64,000 nucleotides of DNA, from positions 4,729-68,728 of the forward strand of contig JAJVIP010000001.1 of assembly GCA_022072025.1 (NCBI GenBank), given 5' to 3'. The notes below the pieces were generated by a model. It was not told the DNA's origin. It made no database searches and saw only the letters and a list, made by a program, of their open reading frames with translations. The position numbers and the translations under genes are program-made. Numbering within the stretch: position 1 is the first letter of the stretch; every line of letters starts with the position of its first letter. Positions 34,376 through 43,171 of the stretch are shown here, piece after piece. The DNA is from Elusimicrobiota bacterium. Lineage in GTDB: Bacteria > Elusimicrobiota > Elusimicrobia > F11.

Positions 34376-35958
34376 CAGAAGGAGAAAAGGCCGCCGCCAG
34401 CTCCCGAGCCTCCCCCCCCTCCATCCAAATCCTCCTCCAGGGGATCTGTAGATTTCTTCTTTTTCTTTTTCTTTCCTCCCCCCAAATCAACGAACGGTTC
34501 TTTTTCATTGAAGGAGAGAACGCGGAACGAGTCCAATTTGGAAAGATGAGTGGCATAGGCCCAGGGTTCCGATCCGAGTTGAGTGGAGATAAGGCTGAGC
34601 AATTGATGTGGGTCGGGAGTGGCGCGCCAGGCTTCGGGCGGGAGGGCCTGAGTTTTCAGCCGTTGTTCCACCACCACTCCGTTTAAAAGCGGGATGTAGT
34701 CATCGGGCTTGTTGACCTTTGAAAAACCATACGGAATGCTGATTTCAATGACATAGGAAGAAGCATTGGATTTTGACAAAGTGGGTTCAGCGCGTTTGGT
34801 TGCTTGGAAAGTGAATTTTCGGACAGATTCTTCAAGGGGTCCCAGCGCGACATGGGAACCGGCTTGACCGGCCAAGGTTCCTTTTTCATCAAAAATGGCG
34901 ACATAGACGGGCCATTTTTTTGCTGCTTGGGGAGTGTTCACTGCCGGAGGTTTGGCCGCGGTCGGGTCCAATGCTGAAACCATGGTTTGGCGAGCCAGGG
35001 TTAGAAGATCGCTGCGCAATAATTCGTCAAATATCCCCCGCATTTGCTCCTGCTGAACGTGGCGCACTTTTTGCGACAGAGGCGGCTGTGAAGCGAACCC
35101 AGCCGAACAAAAACTTTGAGGGATTTTTTTGTCTTTGGTCAGTAACATTTGTCCGCTGTGAGCATACGCCAAAATATCGGCGTGATCGGTTCCCAATTGT
35201 TTCAATGTGAGAAGCCCCAAGACCAAGGTAGATAGGTCTTCCATAATCACCTCTTCTCTCTTGAGGTTCAGGATGGATTCCACATCCAATTCTCGAATGG
35301 CTTTCAAAAGCACCGCGTCTACTCCAATCAATTTTTCTGCGGAGGAGGTGCGAGCGATATTGGCTGTGATCAAAAAGAAGGTGTTGTTTTCAATTCCAAG
35401 ATCTCGCAACTTCTCAACGACAAAGGGAGCCAGATCCTTGCTTTGGGAGTTGGGATCAGAAAATCGAACATACACCGGCAAGACGCGCAAGGTGTTCGAA
35501 TCTTTTCGAAGCACGTATTTGATCGCAGAGAGATGGCGAAGTAAAATTTTCGGAACGTCCGGATAAAAAAGCAAGGGTTGAACGTTCACCCATTCGCTGT
35601 TGGAAGCGAGTTGGGTGCGCAGCGCCGAATCAACAATAAATCGGCCCACTTCTGTTTCAAGGGTGTCCAAGCCGGAAAGAGTGAGTCCCTCCGTCGTGAT
35701 TTCCGGTGGGGCTTGCATCACGATAACCAATGTATGATATGAACTTTTCCCCAACGCTTCATATCCAAAGGCTGATAGAGGCAAAATATCGTCGCGTTTA
35801 TCAGAAGGAACCAGAACGCCCATGGTCCTTCCTGGCAGAGACGGGGATGGAATATTTTTAAATGCCAAGTCCCATCGTCGAACCCAATTGGCCCAGGTAT
35901 CCGCTGAAAAGGCAGCTGTTGCCATGAGCAGAGAGAGAATCAATGTTCGCGCTTTCAT
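34375..35958 (-). CDS. Secreted Memo-like + AMMECR1-like fusion protein (motif-degenerate) with a Gly/Lys-rich tail
   Basis: The likely start is Met13 of the 539-aa ORF (MKARTLILSLLMATAAFSA signal peptide). ATGA overlaps occur with both flanking permease genes. The N-half follows the Memo/AmmeMemoRadiSam-B pattern. The C-half follows the AMMECR1 pattern, with LAGQAGS in place of the LRGCIG box. The domain calls were made by eye. Confidence 0.5.
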   Translation of the reverse strand: MKARTLILSLLMATAAFSADTWANWVRRWDLAFKNIPSPSLPGRTMGVLVPSDKRDDILPLSAFGYEALGKSSYHTLVIVMQAPPEITTEGLTLSGLDTLETEVGRFIVDSALRTQLASNSEWVNVQPLLFYPDVPKILLRHLSAIKYVLRKDSNTLRVLPVYVRFSDPNSQSKDLAPFVVEKLRDLGIENNTFFLITANIARTSSAEKLIGVDAVLLKAIRELDVESILNLKREEVIMEDLSTLVLGLLTLKQLGTDHADILAYAHSGQMLLTKDKKIPQSFCSAGFASQPPLSQKVRHVQQEQMRGIFDELLRSDLLTLARQTMVSALDPTAAKPPAVNTPQAAKKWPVYVAIFDEKGTLAGQAGSHVALGPLEESVRKFTFQATKRAEPTLSKSNASSYVIEISIPYGFSKVNKPDDYIPLLNGVVVEQRLKTQALPPEAWRATPDPHQLLSLISTQLGSEPWAYATHLSKLDSFRVLSFNEKEPFVDLGGGKKKKKKKSTDPLEEDLDGGGGGSGAGGGLFSF

Positions 35959-36926
35959 CGCACCCGTATCCGTGGATCCGCCAACGCGTAACACACATCC
36001 GCCAATAGATTCCCCAACAAGGTCAAGAACGCCCCCAAGGCCACTGTCGGCATTATCAAGAAAGTGTCTCTCGACATCGCCGCTTCATAAGTCAGCCGAC
36101 CCAATCCGGGATAAGAAAAAATAGTTTCAAAAATAACGCTGGAGGAGATCAGGTCGGGCAAGGACAATCCCAAAATCGTAATAACGGGCAAAAGCGTGTT
36201 TCTGAGCGCATGTTTGAATATGATTTTATTTTCCGGTAGACCTTTGGCGCGTGCGGTTCGAATGTAATCCTGTTGAATCACTTCAAGCATTCCATTTCTC
36301 ATATAGCGGGACAAACCAGCGAGACTGGTCAGGCTCGTGACAATGAGCGGCAAGGCCAAATGGCGGGCGATGTCAAGAATTTGTTCGAAGCGGGTCATTT
36401 CATCGGCCATGATGGATCTGAACCCGGTGACAGGGACCCAACCCAAGTGAATACCAAACCCAATCATGAGGAGGAGCGCCACCCAATAGACCGGCACAGA
36501 GAATCCAATAAAAACAAAAGCGGTGATGGCCCGGTCCCAAAATGAATTTTGTTTTAGCGCAGAAAATATCCCCAATGGAACCGCGAGCAGAAAAGTCAGG
36601 ATCAAAGACAAAGAAGCGAGCAGGAGGGTTTTGGGAAGTCGCGACGCTATTTTTTTTAGGACCGGTTGATTGTCTTTGTACGACTCCCCAAAATCCAGTT
36701 TCACGATTCTTTTGACCCACAAAAAATATTGGACATGATAAGGCTTGTCGAAGTGAAAATGCTCCAGTTGTTTTTGTTTGTATTCAGAAGAGACCTTCGG
36801 ATTGAAGTCCTGCATAATCCCCGCAGCGGGCCCTCCGGGAGCCAAACAAATGGTGAGATAGGTCAGGAAGGATATCCCCATTAACATGGGGATGATCATC
36901 AAGAGACGTTTAAGAACGTAGTTCAT
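35955..36926 (-). CDS. Peptide ABC transporter permease (OppB/DppB-like)
   Basis: The start was chosen at MNYVLKRLLMIIPMLMGISFLTY, the classical DppB N-terminus. The ORF track extends to 36965. The protein is multi-TM. Confidence 0.88.
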   Translation of the reverse strand: MNYVLKRLLMIIPMLMGISFLTYLTICLAPGGPAAGIMQDFNPKVSSEYKQKQLEHFHFDKPYHVQYFLWVKRIVKLDFGESYKDNQPVLKKIASRLPKTLLLASLSLILTFLLAVPLGIFSALKQNSFWDRAITAFVFIGFSVPVYWVALLLMIGFGIHLGWVPVTGFRSIMADEMTRFEQILDIARHLALPLIVTSLTSLAGLSRYMRNGMLEVIQQDYIRTARAKGLPENKIIFKHALRNTLLPVITILGLSLPDLISSSVIFETIFSYPGLGRLTYEAAMSRDTFLIMPTVALGAFLTLLGNLLADVCYALADPRIRVR

Positions 36927-38529
36927 TTTTTGTTTGCCAGGCTTTGGGAATGAACCATTCTTCAAAATTCCACCCTATGCCCGCGGGGGCTTGCTCCACC
37001 CCGATATATTTTTTGTGCACCACCGGAAGTGATTCCGGTACAACGAGGAATGCGTAAGGCGTGTCGTTCGCGATCAAGGCATGGATTTTTTGATAAATGT
37101 TTTTTCTTTTTTCCCGATCAAATGTATGTCTCCCTTCCTCGATCAATTGGTCCACCTCGGTGTTTTTATAAGTAACGAAATTATATTGGCCTTTGCCGAT
37201 GTTGCTGGAGTGCCAAATGGCGTGACAGTCGGGATCCCGGGCCAAATTCCACCCCAAGAGAACCGCTTCAAATTGTTTTTCTTCCATGTATTTTAGAAAG
37301 ACAGACCATTCGACAATCCGAATGTCCATTTTGATCCCTATTCTCCTTAAACTGTTTTGAATAATTTGAGACATGGATTCTCTGACTTTGTTGCCTTGAT
37401 TGGTGGTGAGGGTGAATTCAAATATTTTTCCGTTTTTATCCAACAAGCCATCTCCGTCATGATCGATCCATCCCGCCGCCGCCAATTTATTTTTGGCGGC
37501 TTCGAGGTCGTAGGCGGGAACTTTCACGTTGGGGTTGTAGGCCCAACTGGTGGGCGGAAAGGGGCCTGTGGCGGGCACCGCCAGTCCTTGGTACACCCCA
37601 TCAATAATTTCCTGTCGATTTATGGATTCTGAAATGGCTTGACGGACTCGGATGTCGGAAAACAGCGAATGGGTCAGATTGAAAGCCACATAATCGTAAC
37701 GAAACGCAGGATAGTGGAACTTGTTATAGGAATCAAAGAATTCGGGATAGCCGTTGAACTGATCGGGGGTGGGGCTCATCCCGCCCAAACTGCCTTGTCG
37801 CAATTCAAGAAATTGAACGGACATATCAGGGACAATCCTATAAATATATCGGTTCAAGGGAGGTCGTCCCCGAAAGTAATGAGGGTTTGCCGTCAACACA
37901 ATTTTTTCATCGGGAATCCATTCTTTGAAAACGAAGGGGCCCGTCCCGATGGGTTGTCGATTGGCTTTGAAGGTGTTGATGTCATGCCCTTCGTATATAT
38001 GTTTGGGAATGATGCCCATTCCCCAGGATTCCAAGGCCGGGGCGAAGGGTTCACCATAGGTCACGCGAAAAGTAAAAGGATCAGGTGTTTCTGCTTTTGT
38101 GATCAATTTATAATCCTCTCCGAAGGCTGTTTGGGTGTGGGTCGCAATGAGCATGTGATAGGTGAAGAGGACATCAGCGGAGGTAAAGGGGACCCCATCA
38201 TGCCACTGAACATTCTTTCGCAAATGAAATGTGATTGTCTTGCCCTGATGGGAGACGTCCCAGCTTTCCGCCAGGTCTCCTGTTATTTGAAGGGATTTAT
38301 CGAATTTGAGCAATCCATTGAAAACAAGGTTATTGATCTCGCTCGAGGCGGAATCTTTCGCAAGAATTGGATTTAAATAGGACGCATCGCTGATAGAGGC
38401 CTCCACATACGACCCACCGTTGACCGGTGTGAGGTCCACTTTTGTAGGGTCATATTTGTCCTTGGTCTGGGAGACGGAGGAGCAAGCGGTAAGCAGAAAA
38501 AAGAGAATCTGGGCCCCGGCCAATGGCAT
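36910..38529 (-). CDS. ABC transporter substrate-binding lipoprotein, family 5 (OppA/DppA-like)
   Basis: Family-5 SBP blocks are present throughout. The most plausible start is the ATG at 38529, giving MPLAGAQILFFLLTAC with a lipobox (LLTAC). The longer ORF to 38601 would overlap the upstream peptidase gene by 50 nt. Confidence 0.85.
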   Translation of the reverse strand: MPLAGAQILFFLLTACSSVSQTKDKYDPTKVDLTPVNGGSYVEASISDASYLNPILAKDSASSEINNLVFNGLLKFDKSLQITGDLAESWDVSHQGKTITFHLRKNVQWHDGVPFTSADVLFTYHMLIATHTQTAFGEDYKLITKAETPDPFTFRVTYGEPFAPALESWGMGIIPKHIYEGHDINTFKANRQPIGTGPFVFKEWIPDEKIVLTANPHYFRGRPPLNRYIYRIVPDMSVQFLELRQGSLGGMSPTPDQFNGYPEFFDSYNKFHYPAFRYDYVAFNLTHSLFSDIRVRQAISESINRQEIIDGVYQGLAVPATGPFPPTSWAYNPNVKVPAYDLEAAKNKLAAAGWIDHDGDGLLDKNGKIFEFTLTTNQGNKVRESMSQIIQNSLRRIGIKMDIRIVEWSVFLKYMEEKQFEAVLLGWNLARDPDCHAIWHSSNIGKGQYNFVTYKNTEVDQLIEEGRHTFDREKRKNIYQKIHALIANDTPYAFLVVPESLPVVHKKYIGVEQAPAGIGWNFEEWFIPKAWQTKNELRS

Positions 38530-38542
38530 GCCAGGATGACGG
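38509..38542. repeat. Third, degenerate copy of the ~34-nt hairpin repeat
   Basis: The sequence ctgggccccggccaatggcatgccaggatgacgg has the reverse complement ccgtcatcctggcatgccattggccggggcccag. This matches the 28495-28581 units with a few mismatches and spans the SBP start codon. Confidence 0.75.
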
Positions 38543-38551
38543 GGAGTGATT

Positions 38552-39811
38552 TTATTTCGCAAGTTTTTCTGGATAAATTTCAATGGTAATTGATTTTCCA
38601 CGGAGTACTTTTTTTGCGACGCGTTGAATGTCTTTGGGGGAAACCTTGTCGACTAGAGAAATATATCGTTTATCAAAGTCTTGTCCCAAACCCAGAATTT
38701 TCCACCAACCCAAATAATGGGAGCGTTGGCTGTTGGTTTGGTGGTCCATCAGGAAAGTCCCTTTGATGTAATTTTTCGTTTCCGTGAGTTCTTGTTTGGA
38801 AACCGGTGTGGATGAAACTTCTTTCAAAATTTTCAAAATACGTGATTTTGCTTCCTCCAATTTAGCGGGTTGAAGTCCCATGTAGGTGACAAATGCGCTG
38901 CCGCATTTTTTGGAGGCATAAAAAGCGCCCACGTCATAGGCCAAACCTTCCTGCTCTCTAAGTTGTTGGAAAAGACGTGCGCTCATGCCTCCGCCCAAAC
39001 AGGCATTAAGGATTTTAAGTGGAACATAATCTTTGGACGTGATGCCGGGGGCTGAATAACCCAACAACAAATAAGCTTGTTCGAATTTTTCCAGCAGGCG
39101 AGTGGAATGGCTGGACTTGATACTGGGAGTCTTCTTTAATTTTTTGATTAATTTGGATTGACGTTTTTTCCAAAGTGATGGACCAAAGAGTTTTTCAACT
39201 TGAGATTTTATTTCACTGAAAGAGAGGTTGGATGCCACAGAAAGAAGCGCTCCTTGCGGGACGACCATTTCTCGGTGCCAATTCAATAAGTCCTTTGTCT
39301 TGAGTTTCGATACGGTATCCACTGTGCCAGTCGGCGGGCGGGCATAAGGATGATTCCCATAAAGTTGGGTATTAAAGGTTTCATTTGCGACAGTGAATAT
39401 GTTTTCTTTTTTGGATCGAATGCCCGCCAGCAGAGCCGCTTTTTCTTTTTCCACTTCTGACGGGACATAGGCTGGTTTAAAGAGCATTTCGCTCATGATT
39501 TCGATCGCCGGCAAAAAATATTCTGAAACGGCATGGCAGGAAATTTCAGAATAATCGTGGGTGGCTCCTCCTCCAATCGCCGCGCCTATGGATTCAATGT
39601 CTTCTGCAATTTGTTGAGCTGATCTGTTTTTTGTTCCTTTGGATAAAAGCGACCACATGAGCGTGGTAACACCCGCCTTGGGGGTGCTTTCACGATCGGT
39701 TCCATTTGGGAAAAAAAGGTGGCAAGCCGAGATGGGGTCGCTTTTTGTGTGCAGGTGGATCAGCGTGAGCCCGTTGGAAAATTTCGTTTCTTTTATGGCG
39801 GGTGGTTTCAT
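38552..39811 (-). CDS. M16-family peptidase, non-catalytic subunit type (no HxxEH)
   Basis: 419 aa with pitrilysin-fold similarity. It lacks the HxxEH zinc motif and is coupled (4-nt overlap) to the upstream active-type M16 gene. Confidence 0.8.
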   Translation of the reverse strand: MKPPAIKETKFSNGLTLIHLHTKSDPISACHLFFPNGTDRESTPKAGVTTLMWSLLSKGTKNRSAQQIAEDIESIGAAIGGGATHDYSEISCHAVSEYFLPAIEIMSEMLFKPAYVPSEVEKEKAALLAGIRSKKENIFTVANETFNTQLYGNHPYARPPTGTVDTVSKLKTKDLLNWHREMVVPQGALLSVASNLSFSEIKSQVEKLFGPSLWKKRQSKLIKKLKKTPSIKSSHSTRLLEKFEQAYLLLGYSAPGITSKDYVPLKILNACLGGGMSARLFQQLREQEGLAYDVGAFYASKKCGSAFVTYMGLQPAKLEEAKSRILKILKEVSSTPVSKQELTETKNYIKGTFLMDHQTNSQRSHYLGWWKILGLGQDFDKRYISLVDKVSPKDIQRVAKKVLRGKSITIEIYPEKLAK

Positions 39812-41076
39812 GAATTGGGTTCAACCATTGTTGAAAAAAAAGTTTTTCCTTTGATATGCCGTTTGTAAACTTCCATAAGGTCTTCTGGCGTGGACGCGTC
39901 AATTTGGGCCAAATAGGTGCTGAGAAGATCCATTTGCCCCAGCACATGAAGAGATCCCAGTGTGTTGGCTTGACCATGCGGCGTTTCAGATCCATGCAGC
40001 CATCCACTTTTCATTCGCGCTTTGGCTCTGTTTAGTTCGGCCATTTGCACAGGTTCTTCGGAAATACGGTCAATTTCTTCCGCCATTCGCCAAAGGGCTT
40101 CTTGAGCTTTATCTGGAGTGGTTTCTCCAAAAAGGGCAAACAATCCACATTGTTGAAACGGAATATAGTCGCAACCAATGGAGAGAACAATTTCGGTCTT
40201 TTCACGAAGTTTTTGATAAAGGCGGGCGCTCACTCCCCCTCCCAAAACATCCGCCAATAAATCAAGGGCCACCACATCGGGATTTCCATATCCAACGGTC
40301 GGAAAACCGACGCCAAAATAATTGAGTTGCACGGGTTTTTTGAGGATATTTCGTGTTGGGTTCCCTATAAATCGGGTGTCCACAGTGGGTGTTTCAGGGG
40401 GCTTTTTAAAAGGCAATTTCTCGAAGTGATCCGTGAGTTGTTTTAAGACGGCTTTTTTGTTGAAGTCGCCCGCGACCACCATCGTCATTTTTGAGGGAAC
40501 ATAATGGGCGTGGAAATAGGTCATCAAATCATTTCTCGACATGGCCGACACCGTGTCGATGCTGCCAATTACTTTGATTCCGTATGGCGTGTTTTTAAAA
40601 ACTTGAGAGGCGAATTCATCCCACAACGTGGCATCAGGACTGTCGTCTCGCCGGTGAATTTCCTCCAGAATAACCAGTCGCTCACGTTCCAATTCCTCTT
40701 GTGGAAAAGTGGGGTTGAGCAACGTGTCGGCCAAAACATCAATGGCGGGTTTGACTGAATAAGAAGGGATATCGATATAGTAATGGGTTGTTTCAAGCTG
40801 TGTGGCGGCATTCATGGAGCCCCCATTGGCCTCAACGGTGCGACTGATTTGACCCGCTGAACGGGTGGGTGTTCCTTTGAAGACCATATGTTCCAATCCA
40901 TGAGAAATTCCATATTGGGAGGGTTTTTCATCGATGGCGCCGCATCTTGTCCAAGCTTGCAAGGCGACCACGGGAACCGTTGCATCTTGCCGGAGAATGA
41001 GCGTGAGCCCATTTGCGAGTGTATGGATTTCGGTCCCCTTAAACGGATGCGGGGCGTCATTGAGAATTTGGGGCAT
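39808..41076 (-). CDS. M16-family zinc peptidase (HxxEH present)
   Basis: The zinc motif is HGLEHMVFKG. The start was chosen at MPQILNDAP (41076), because the longer ORF to 41154 overlaps the preceding gene by 65 nt. Confidence 0.82.
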   Translation of the reverse strand: MPQILNDAPHPFKGTEIHTLANGLTLILRQDATVPVVALQAWTRCGAIDEKPSQYGISHGLEHMVFKGTPTRSAGQISRTVEANGGSMNAATQLETTHYYIDIPSYSVKPAIDVLADTLLNPTFPQEELERERLVILEEIHRRDDSPDATLWDEFASQVFKNTPYGIKVIGSIDTVSAMSRNDLMTYFHAHYVPSKMTMVVAGDFNKKAVLKQLTDHFEKLPFKKPPETPTVDTRFIGNPTRNILKKPVQLNYFGVGFPTVGYGNPDVVALDLLADVLGGGVSARLYQKLREKTEIVLSIGCDYIPFQQCGLFALFGETTPDKAQEALWRMAEEIDRISEEPVQMAELNRAKARMKSGWLHGSETPHGQANTLGSLHVLGQMDLLSTYLAQIDASTPEDLMEVYKRHIKGKTFFSTMVEPNS

Positions 41077-41089
41077 CGAGGGAATGATG

Positions 41090-41323
41090 TTATATGGCCG
41101 TTGTGACCAATGTTTCGGTCGCAAAAACGCCAGGAATGGTTCGAATCTTTTCAACCACCAATCGGCTCATGGAGGCCATGTCATCGGTTTCAACATCAAC
41201 AACCAAATCCCAACGTCCATAAACCGCGGATACGTGAGAAATTCCTTTTATTTCTTTAATTTTAACCAACGCTTGATTTTCTTTTCCTGCCTGAAGCCTC
41301 ACCAAAACCAACCCTGTGATCAT
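41090..41323 (-). CDS. Stand-alone Lrp/AsnC ligand-binding (RAM) domain protein
   Basis: 77 aa. MITGLVLVRLQAGKE...VYGRWDLVVDVETDD...IRTIPGV matches the RAM-domain pattern, and there is no HTH domain. Confidence 0.7.
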   Translation of the reverse strand: MITGLVLVRLQAGKENQALVKIKEIKGISHVSAVYGRWDLVVDVETDDMASMSRLVVEKIRTIPGVFATETLVTTAI

Positions 41324-42015
41324 ACCGCCTCCTGTGTAAGTGTTTCTGGAATGCCTATATCGACGACCTCGAGTCGACCGACATAATTCTTTGATTCAGA
41401 CTTTAGAAGCCCTGGTTTAAAACATGCAAATGTAATGGTCAAGTCCGCGCGAACAATGTCTTGTTCAATCGGGCCATTGTCCCCATGAAGTCCAGATGGA
41501 ATGTCCACGGCTAAAACCTTCACATTACAATTGTGGTTTTTTTTAAATTTGTTGATCCAACGAATGGCGGTTGTTACTGGTTCTTTTAGCGGAGGAGTAA
41601 AACCCGTACCGAGAATTCCATCCACGATCAAAACGGGAAGTCTGTCCCACTTGTTTTGAGCCCGGTCTATGGCGCTCAGCGGCTCGACCGACAATCCCAA
41701 TTTTCGGATGATACGAAAATTGATTTCGGCCTCGGCTTTGAGCTCACTTTCATCTCCCACCAAAAATATTTGACTGCGAATGTTTTTTTGTAACAAATGG
41801 CGGGCCGCCACAAATGTGTCGCCGCCATTGTTTCCTTTTCCCGCCAAAATAACCACTTGGCACTGATTGATCGGTGGTATGAGAGCCAGGCGGATATGTT
41901 CGGCCAATTGGTGCCCGGCATTTTCCATCAAGATTAAAAGAGGAATATCGAATTCTGTTTGGGCTTTTTTATCCAATTGTCTTGATTGATCAACGGTCAG
42001 TATTTTCGTTTTCAT
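41320..42015 (-). CDS. NAD(P)H-hydrate epimerase (YjeF N-terminal domain only)
   Basis: It carries the GKGNNGGD motif and an N-terminus MKTKILTVDQSRQLD. The ORF track extends to 42078. No C-terminal dehydratase domain is present. Confidence 0.8.
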   Translation of the reverse strand: MKTKILTVDQSRQLDKKAQTEFDIPLLILMENAGHQLAEHIRLALIPPINQCQVVILAGKGNNGGDTFVAARHLLQKNIRSQIFLVGDESELKAEAEINFRIIRKLGLSVEPLSAIDRAQNKWDRLPVLIVDGILGTGFTPPLKEPVTTAIRWINKFKKNHNCNVKVLAVDIPSGLHGDNGPIEQDIVRADLTITFACFKPGLLKSESKNYVGRLEVVDIGIPETLTQEAV

Positions 42016-42385
42016 GCAAGGAGAGATGCGATGATTTTTGGTGAGACCGCGCGGTGAAATAAGCATCCAACACGCCAAAACCCCAGATCAATAGAATGAG
42101 GATTTGGAATGTTAAGTACATGGAAGAGTTTTCGTTTATGATTTGCTTTAAGGCATCCTGCATTAGTGCGGGATTTTGGGCCCACTGATCCGGCGTGCCT
42201 GGCAGAACCCGGTCCAATTGTTCGGTGACCACTTTTGAAAACCAAAAAAAAGAGGCCAACGAAGAGAACAAAAGGAAAAAGCCTTTTTGGAAATCACGAA
42301 GATAGATTTGGCCCATGCCAGGCGCCACAAGCGCCGACAAAAGAACAGGCCAAAGCGGAGATTTTTTATTGAGTGCAAATTTCAT
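41990..42385 (-). CDS. Hypothetical small membrane protein
   Basis: 131 aa with predicted TM helices (PVLLSALVAPGMGQIY, FFLLFSSLASFFWF, LTFQILILLIWGFGVL). I recognise no family with confidence. Confidence 0.55.
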   Translation of the reverse strand: MKFALNKKSPLWPVLLSALVAPGMGQIYLRDFQKGFFLLFSSLASFFWFSKVVTEQLDRVLPGTPDQWAQNPALMQDALKQIINENSSMYLTFQILILLIWGFGVLDAYFTARSHQKSSHLSLHENENTDR

Positions 42386-42386
42386 G

Positions 42387-43100
42387 TTAGGGCAATTGTT
42401 TTGGGTTCAGCATTGACATCATTCGAAGCGCATCATCAAAAGCAGTCGGGCCATTATTAAACACAACATAGCAAAGAGGGGTGTCACATAGGGAGATGAT
42501 TTTTTTGAGATCGTTGTCAGAGAGCGGGCCCGTGCCGGACGTTTTTCCATGTCCCCCCAATCGATAATACCGCATGGGTGAATGAGGGGTGGGTTTGGCT
42601 TTTCCCAAAGGATTCATGACAGGCATAATTCGATAAGCTTCCGAGAGGTCGTCTACCAGTTTCAGAGGCCAGCTGACCGGCGGTTCCCAAGTGAACAGAA
42701 TATGGCCGCGGGGTTTGGAAAAATAATTTTGAATTCGTTTGATGTTTTCAGGAGAGGGAAGAAAAGAGGAAGGAAAATCAAAAAAGACCAGACGAGATCT
42801 CAATATCTCTGCGATTTTTAAAGTGCGTTCGGTGGCTTGCCGTGTGAGAGCGCTGTCTTCAAGGGAGGTCTGGTTTTTTTGCTCGTGACGCGAATGTTGA
42901 GCGCGGGTTTTTGTGGGATAAGTAATGATTCTTGAGGCGCAGGTAATAAAATCAAATTGATCGGGGGCTCCTTGACGCCATTTTTGAATGGTTTCGATTT
43001 TTGGAAAACGCGTAAAAAGACTGTCCAGTTCGACTGTCTTCAAGCTGGATTCATATTTTTTCTTTCCCACCGGAAAATTGGCTGTCGCGATTTTGATCAT
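42387..43100 (-). CDS. DUF72-like protein (tentative)
   Basis: 237 aa. The N-terminal pattern IKIATANF...LKTVELDSLFTRFP and the length resemble DUF72/UPF0759. This is weak recognition by eye. Confidence 0.45.
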   Translation of the reverse strand: MIKIATANFPVGKKKYESSLKTVELDSLFTRFPKIETIQKWRQGAPDQFDFITCASRIITYPTKTRAQHSRHEQKNQTSLEDSALTRQATERTLKIAEILRSRLVFFDFPSSFLPSPENIKRIQNYFSKPRGHILFTWEPPVSWPLKLVDDLSEAYRIMPVMNPLGKAKPTPHSPMRYYRLGGHGKTSGTGPLSDNDLKKIISLCDTPLCYVVFNNGPTAFDDALRMMSMLNPKQLP

Positions 43101-43171
43101 GGATTCCTTGTTTGGTCCTTGAGGAATGGGTTTCTCGACCGATTTGTTTCTTATTTTGCTAAATAAAAATC

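Noticed and set aside
37639-38376. A 245-aa ORF on the plus strand, inside and antisense to the substrate-binding protein gene.
   Set aside because: It lies entirely within a well-supported family-5 SBP gene on the other strand. Its composition is that of a shadow frame and it has no recognisable motif or SD. The same reasoning applies to the other long antisense ORFs in the track, for example 49662..50195 in purH, 28568..29068 in the deaminase gene, 18902..19414 in the helicase gene and 12465..12971 in batD.
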